Assembly (NCBI GenBank): GCA_964343355.1
Contig: CAYFJC010000002.1
Coordinates: 1-51,564 of the forward strand
Source: an uncultured Gammaproteobacteria bacterium
GTDB lineage: Bacteria; Pseudomonadota; Gammaproteobacteria; Magnimaribacterales; D2472
Direction: 5' to 3'
Length of the DNA: 51,564 nucleotides
Part shown: positions 47,014 through 51,564 of the stretch, one piece after another
Layout: each line of letters opens with the position of its first letter
Position numbering within the stretch: the first letter of the stretch is position 1
The notes under the pieces: generated by a model
What the model saw: the letters and a program-made list of their open reading frames with translations, nothing else
The model's database searches: none
Told to the model about the DNA's origin: nothing
Program-made: the position numbers and the translations under genes

Positions 47014-48213
47014 TTAACTAGGAAGACCTAGAACTCTTTTAGATATAACATTCAATTGAACCTCAGAAGTACCACCTTCAATTGAATTTCCTTTTGTTCT
47101 AAGCCATGCTTTTGTAAGGTCTTTTTCTTTTTGGTCATACTCATCACCATCCCAAGCAACACCATTTGAACCCATAGCAGCTATCATCATTTCATGTCTT
47201 TTCTTATTATGTTCAGTTCCATAATACTTAAACATTGAAGCCACAGCTGAAGCTTTACCACCCTCATCACCAGCTCTTTTTAGAGTTAATCCAAAGGCAT
47301 GTTCTTTCATTTTATGTGTAGTTACTTCAGATCTAAATATACCATTTGCAATCTTGCCATCCTCTTCACCAAAATGTTTTTTAGCAAGAGTTACAACATC
47401 ATTACCGCCACCAGAAGCAGAACCAGCAAGGCCAAAATTAGATATAAAGTTTCTTTCATGCTGTAACAATGCTTTTGCTATAGTCCAACCAGCATTCACC
47501 TCTCCAACTAAATTTTCTTTTGGAACTTTTACATTATCAAAGAATGTTTCACAAAAAGGTGATTTACCACTTATTAAAGTAATCGGCTTAGTGCTAACAC
47601 CTTCAGTAGCCATATCAATCAGCAAGAAACTAATGCCGCTATGTTTAGGTTCTTGAGGCCCAGTTCTTACAAGAGCAAAAATCCAATCAGCTTGATCTGC
47701 ATAAGAAGTCCAAACTTTTTGACCATTAACTAAATAATGATCTCCCATATCTTCTGCTTTAGTGGATAGACTTGCTAAGTCAGATCCAGATCCTGGTTCT
47801 GAATAACCCTGACACCACCTAATTTCACCCTTAATAATTCTTGGTATATGTAATCTCTTTTGCTCTTCGCTCGCATACTCTAAAAGTGCAGGAGCTAACA
47901 TCCAGATACCAAAACTCAATAATGCTTGTTTAGCACCTATTGCCCATAATTCTTCATTTAAAATTTTAGTTTCTTCCTTAGAAAGCCCGCCACCACCATA
48001 CTCTTTTGCAACAGTTGGCATTGTCCAGCCTTTAGCACCCATTCTATCTAACCAAAGTTTAGATTCAGGGTTTTTATAAACAGCATTTCTTCCACCCCAA
48101 ACTTCATCAGTTGCACTGCTAGCATCAATCTTTGCTCCAGTCCTCATTGAAGGTGGGCAGTTTTCTTCAAGCCACTCTTTTACTTCTACTCTAAAAGATT
48201 CTAAATGTTCCAT
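47014..48213 (-). CDS. Acyl-CoA dehydrogenase family protein, large (catalytic) partner
   Basis: 399 aa. WCQGYSEPGSGSDLASL is present, Glu is retained in LLQHERNFIS, and the C-terminal motif is IEGGTSEVQ. Confidence 0.85.
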   Translation of the reverse strand: MEHLESFRVEVKEWLEENCPPSMRTGAKIDASSATDEVWGGRNAVYKNPESKLWLDRMGAKGWTMPTVAKEYGGGGLSKEETKILNEELWAIGAKQALLSFGIWMLAPALLEYASEEQKRLHIPRIIKGEIRWCQGYSEPGSGSDLASLSTKAEDMGDHYLVNGQKVWTSYADQADWIFALVRTGPQEPKHSGISFLLIDMATEGVSTKPITLISGKSPFCETFFDNVKVPKENLVGEVNAGWTIAKALLQHERNFISNFGLAGSASGGGNDVVTLAKKHFGEEDGKIANGIFRSEVTTHKMKEHAFGLTLKRAGDEGGKASAVASMFKYYGTEHNKKRHEMMIAAMGSNGVAWDGDEYDQKEKDLTKAWLRTKGNSIEGGTSEVQLNVISKRVLGLPS

Positions 48214-48330
48214 TTGATTAGTTTCCTAAATTTTTTAATTTCAAGACTATTGTAAGGACAAATATTAATTTTTCCAGTTTATGCAAAACTATGGCAAGAA
48301 ATTAAATGTTTACTTGATTACAAAATAATT

Positions 48331-48365
48331 ATGATAAATTAGTATTTATAAAATTAATTTATCAT
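48331..48365. promoter_or_regulatory. 10-bp inverted repeat upstream of the alcohol dehydrogenase gene (candidate operator or 5-prime UTR hairpin)
   Basis: atgataaatt (48331-48340) and aatttatcat (48356-48365) with a 15-nt spacer. It ends 15 nt before the 48381 ATG. The arms are entirely AT-rich, so chance is not excluded. Confidence 0.3.
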
Positions 48366-48380
48366 TTAAAAGGAATTCAA

Positions 48381-49424
48381 ATGAAAGCATATCAAGTAGT
48401 TGAATCAGGAAAACCATTAGAGCTTAATGAATTTGATACACCCAAACCCCAAGGCGAAGAAGTTTTATTAAAAACCATTGCTTGCGGGGTATGTCATTCA
48501 GATGTTCATATTCATGAAGGTGCTTTTGATCTTGGTGGTGGAAATAAATTACCTTTACCTCTTCAGATGCCTTATACCCTAGGTCATGAAATATTTGGTG
48601 AAGTCATTGAATTAGGTCCTGACGCTACAGATATAAATATAGGTGATAAAAGAGTTATCTATCCTTGGATAGGTTGTAATGAATGTAATGTATGCAATTC
48701 TGGTGATGAGCATTTATGCTCCAGTGGTCCCGTTTTAGGCGTACAAAAAGGTGGTGGTTTTGGTGATCATGTTATTGCACCTCATTCCCGATATCTTATG
48801 GATGCCGGCAATACTCCTGATCATTTAGCTGGAAGTTATGCTTGTTCTGGATTGACTGCATACACAGCATTAAAAAAAGCGAATATAAAAGACTCTGCAG
48901 ACTCACTCGTAATTGTTGGTGCAGGAGGACTTGGAATGATGGGCATACAAATTGCTAAAGCAGCTTTTAATATTCAGCCTATCGTTGTTGATGTTGATGA
49001 AGCTAAACTAAACTTAGCTTTAGAAAGTGGAGCTTCTCATGCAATAAATTCTAGAGATGAAGATGCAGCCCAAAGAATTCAAGCAATCACCGGAGGTGCT
49101 AGCGCAGTAATTGACTTTGTTGGATCTGATTTATCAACTGGATTTGCTACTAATCTTTTAAGAAAGGGTGGAAGGTATATTATAGTTGGGCTATTCGGAG
49201 GGGAGTTAAGCCATCCACTACCAATGATGGTTTTAATGGAAAGAAATATTCAAGGTTCTTACGTGGGGAGCTTATCGAATTTAAAAGAGCTTATGCAATT
49301 AGTTAAAGAGGGTAAAATTGATCCTATTCCAGTTGAGAAAAGGCACGCATCAGAAGCTAACCAAACTTTAATAGACTTAAAGGAAGGCAGAATAATGGGC
49401 AGAGCTGCTTTAATGCACGATTGA
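48381..49424 (+). CDS. Zinc-dependent alcohol dehydrogenase (MDR family)
   Basis: 347 aa. Catalytic Zn ligands in ACGVCHSDVH and LGHEIFGEV, the structural Zn motif CNECNVCNSGDEHLC, and the Rossmann motif VGAGGLGMMG. Confidence 0.85.
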   Translation: MKAYQVVESGKPLELNEFDTPKPQGEEVLLKTIACGVCHSDVHIHEGAFDLGGGNKLPLPLQMPYTLGHEIFGEVIELGPDATDINIGDKRVIYPWIGCNECNVCNSGDEHLCSSGPVLGVQKGGGFGDHVIAPHSRYLMDAGNTPDHLAGSYACSGLTAYTALKKANIKDSADSLVIVGAGGLGMMGIQIAKAAFNIQPIVVDVDEAKLNLALESGASHAINSRDEDAAQRIQAITGGASAVIDFVGSDLSTGFATNLLRKGGRYIIVGLFGGELSHPLPMMVLMERNIQGSYVGSLSNLKELMQLVKEGKIDPIPVEKRHASEANQTLIDLKEGRIMGRAALMHD

Positions 49425-50192
49425 TAAATTTTCAGATATTTTTGAAAATATATCCTGTAATTCTCCATTTATAACCACATCTGCCTCACCATCCAATGGG
49501 GTAGCATCTCTATTAAGAATTACTAGTTTAGATCCATTTTTTTTTGCTAATTCTGGTAATTTAGCTACTGGCTGGACACTTAATGATGTTCCTATTGAAA
49601 TAAATAAATCAGCTGCTTGAGTTAAATACATAGCATTTGTATGGTCTTTTTCATTCATCGGTTGACCAAATGATATGGTTGAAACCTTTACCAATGAGCC
49701 ACAGTCACTGCAGTCCGGAATCTCAAGATGATTAATGATAGATTTATGAAATATGCTTGGATCAAACTCTTTAAAGCAATTAAGACAGGATGCTTTGGTA
49801 GCATTCCCATGAATTTCAATAATTTTTCTCTCATCAAGACCTGCTATTGAATGCAAGCCATCTATATTTTGTGTAATAAGATGATGGTTTGCTGAGGTGT
49901 TAATTAAATCTCTAACAAAGAAGTGCCCTGTATTTGGTTTTATTGATTTAAGTTTTTCTTTTAACTCCAAATTTCTCTCCCATGAGAGTCTTCTAGATCC
50001 TGCATCTTTTAAGAATTCTTTAAATAATATAGGTTTATTTTTTGTCCAAAAACCATCATCACTTCTAAAGTCAGGCAGACCAGACTCAGTGCTAATACCA
50101 GCACCAGTCAAAATAACTATCTTATTAGCCTCCTGAATAAGACTTAAAAACTCATTAATTTTATTTGTTAGGTGCATATATTTATTTTCCAA
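49410..50192 (-). CDS. cobB: NAD-dependent protein deacylase (Sir2/CobB family sirtuin)
   Basis: 260 aa. TGAGISTESGLPDFRS, QNIDGLH and the Zn ribbon CLNC...CSDC. The 3-prime end overlaps the dehydrogenase gene by 15 nt. Confidence 0.85.
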   Translation of the reverse strand: MENKYMHLTNKINEFLSLIQEANKIVILTGAGISTESGLPDFRSDDGFWTKNKPILFKEFLKDAGSRRLSWERNLELKEKLKSIKPNTGHFFVRDLINTSANHHLITQNIDGLHSIAGLDERKIIEIHGNATKASCLNCFKEFDPSIFHKSIINHLEIPDCSDCGSLVKVSTISFGQPMNEKDHTNAMYLTQAADLFISIGTSLSVQPVAKLPELAKKNGSKLVILNRDATPLDGEADVVINGELQDIFSKISENLSIVH

Positions 50193-50218
50193 TCTATCAG
50201 GGAGTATAATGCCTCATT

Positions 50219-51091
50219 ATGTTTGAAAATATAGGTATCGTAGTTAAAAAGAATCAGGAAGATGGTGACATCTTATTCCTTGATTCCCTATTACCTATCC
50301 TTTCAAAATATACCAATAAAATTTTTATTGAAGCTGGCGCTGAGGTTAAAAATAATCTTATTACTGAACTAACCTCAGAAGATTTTGCCCAAACGATTGA
50401 TCTACTTATAGTCTTTGGTGGAGATGGAACTTTACTAGGCTCATCAAGAAAGTTTTTAGAGTATGAAACCCCAATATTGGGTATTAATCTTGGAGCTGTT
50501 GGGTTTTTAACAGACGTAAATATAGATAACTTTGAATCTATTATTCAGGATATCTTGCAAGGTAACTATGAAATAGAAGATAGATCTTTAGTTTCAGCAA
50601 ACTTCCTTGATAAGACTTTATTTGGACTTAATGAGATAGTTATCCACTCAGGATCTTATGCACAATTAATGCGTTATCAGCTTAGTGTTGATGGCAAGCC
50701 TGTTTATGAGCAAAGATCAGATGGACTCATTATTGCAACACCGACAGGCTCGACTGCATACGCTTTATCAGCAGGCGGCCCTATTATTCATCCAAGTTTA
50801 GATGTTTGGAGCATCATACCTATGATGCCGCAGAGCCTTTCATCAAGACCATTTATCATCTCGTCTGATCAGAAAATAGAAATAAAATTATTAAGCGGCC
50901 CTCTAGATGAAGCTAAAATTTGTGCAGATGGTCAAGATGACATTTCGGCAAAATACGAAACAGTTGTTAATATTCAAAAGATGAATAAATCTTTAAAGCT
51001 TGTTCATCCAAAGGATAATGATTTCTTTGAGGCCTGTAGAGAAAAACTTGGATGGAGTTTAGATATCACTAAAAATAATTCAATTTCTTGA
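50219..51091 (+). CDS. nadK: NAD kinase
   Basis: 290 aa with the motifs FGGDGTLLG, GINLGAVGFLT and ATPTGSTAYALSAGGP. Confidence 0.9.
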   Translation: MFENIGIVVKKNQEDGDILFLDSLLPILSKYTNKIFIEAGAEVKNNLITELTSEDFAQTIDLLIVFGGDGTLLGSSRKFLEYETPILGINLGAVGFLTDVNIDNFESIIQDILQGNYEIEDRSLVSANFLDKTLFGLNEIVIHSGSYAQLMRYQLSVDGKPVYEQRSDGLIIATPTGSTAYALSAGGPIIHPSLDVWSIIPMMPQSLSSRPFIISSDQKIEIKLLSGPLDEAKICADGQDDISAKYETVVNIQKMNKSLKLVHPKDNDFFEACREKLGWSLDITKNNSIS

Positions 51092-51564
51092 ATATAAAAA
51101 ATTTTCATATTCCTATAATTGTTATAGCCACACTCATAACAGTTCTTTCTAACTTTGGGCTTAATTTTGAAATTATTAGAAATTTATCTTTTCTAGATTT
51201 TCAACGATCAGGACCTTATTTAGAGTTTATTACGTTTAATCAGACTTACTTTATTCAAAATGATTGGTGGAGACTTATAACACCTATATTTATTCATTTT
51301 TCATTTAGTCATTTAGCTTTTAATGCTCTTTGGATATTCATATTAGGATCTAAAATTGAGATGCTTGATGGCAGACTCTTATTTCTTTGTTTAGTTATTT
51401 TTTCAGGCATTACTAGTAATTATATTGAATATCTTTGGAGTGGAGTTTCATTATTTGGAGGACTATCAGGAGTAGTTTACGGATTGCTTGGATATTGCTT
51501 TTTAATTGAACTAGATTCAAATAAAGAACGTTATGGCCTTCCGCCTGCAATATATATATTTATG
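51088..51564 (+). CDS. Rhomboid family intramembrane serine protease (GlpG-like), truncated by the window end
   Basis: This gene is not in the ORF track. My translation of frame 1 gives ...FIQNDWWRLITPIFIHFSFSHLAFNALW...GGLSGVVYGLLGY (rhomboid HxxxN and GxSG motifs). There is no in-frame ATG. The candidate TTG at 51088 overlaps the nadK TGA, so the start is uncertain. Confidence 0.75.
   Translation, partial: MNIKNFHIPIIVIATLITVLSNFGLNFEIIRNLSFLDFQRSGPYLEFITFNQTYFIQNDWWRLITPIFIHFSFSHLAFNALWIFILGSKIEMLDGRLLFLCLVIFSGITSNYIEYLWSGVSLFGGLSGVVYGLLGYCFLIELDSNKERYGLPPAIYIFM

Noticed and set aside
635-50136. About 30 short ORFs (61-105 aa) in the supplied track that lie inside or antisense to larger genes. 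Examples: 635-835, 2314-2520, 6421-6738, 8455-8691, 12668-12895, 16591-16854, 20011-20241, 28342-28617, 38604-38913, 41776-42024, 47354-47656, 49897-50136.
   Set aside because: Each is embedded in a longer ORF with clear family motifs. Their translations are low-complexity or Leu/Ile/Lys/Phe-rich, as expected from AT-rich antisense frames, and none has a recognizable motif or ribosome-binding site.
49410-50192. A Sir2-domain protein as a possible anti-phage defense component (Thoeris, DSR or SIR2-HerA-like).
   Set aside because: It is a 260-aa stand-alone canonical sirtuin with an intact Zn ribbon (CLNC...CSDC) and deacylase motifs. It has no fused or adjacent sensor, TIR, HerA or pAgo genes, and its neighbours are housekeeping genes (nadK, adh).
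1-51564. A search for CRISPR arrays, tandem repeats, IS elements, integrases, phage genes, toxin-antitoxin pairs and secondary-metabolite core enzymes.
   Set aside because: None was recognized. There is no non-coding gap longer than 290 bp, no repeated spacer-repeat pattern, and no transposase, integrase or recombinase motifs in any listed ORF. A manual scan cannot exclude short dispersed repeats.

Overview
This is an AT-rich, very gene-dense chromosomal segment. G+C is roughly one third by eye (not computed) and about 95% of the window is coding. I call 50 protein genes (49 complete, 1 truncated at the right edge). I saw no rRNA, complete tRNA, CRISPR array, transposase, integrase or phage genes.

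The housekeeping genes (prc, xthA, tadA, nagZ, rraA, nadK, cobB-type sirtuin, rhomboid), a TonB-dependent receptor and a heavy load of acyl-CoA and lipid catabolism suggest a streamlined marine gammaproteobacterium. SAR86-like is a guess I cannot verify.

The architecture is extreme. There are many 1-, 4- and 8-nt start/stop overlaps. Five of the seven convergent gene pairs overlap at their 3-prime ends. Two divergent pairs are separated by only 26 bp. I found only one canonical rho-independent terminator (5888-5930).

Regions worth a second look:
1. A seven-gene, translationally coupled Atu-like operon on the minus strand (31462-40586). It encodes acyl-CoA carboxylase beta and alpha subunits, an embedded TetR, an AtuA/DUF1446 protein, a crotonase and two acyl-CoA dehydrogenases. 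GST-fold genes flank it on both sides.
2. Two adjacent acyl-CoA dehydrogenase (ACAD) pairs in which the smaller partner lacks a catalytic Glu at both canonical positions. This is the alpha2beta2 heterotetramer signature.
3. An eight-His fatty-acid hydroxylase with an AGMO-like C-terminal membrane extension, coupled to a TetR gene and followed by a FATP-type acyl-CoA synthetase behind a perfect 10-bp inverted repeat that overlaps a TATAAT.
4. A DmdA-like GcvT-family gene.
5. A secreted MsrA-Trx-MsrB tri-domain protein.
6. A GC-enriched, ORF-free 290-nt block at the left edge that I could not assign.

No obvious defense, toxin or mobile system is visible. All functional calls rest on motif recognition by eye, not on database searches.
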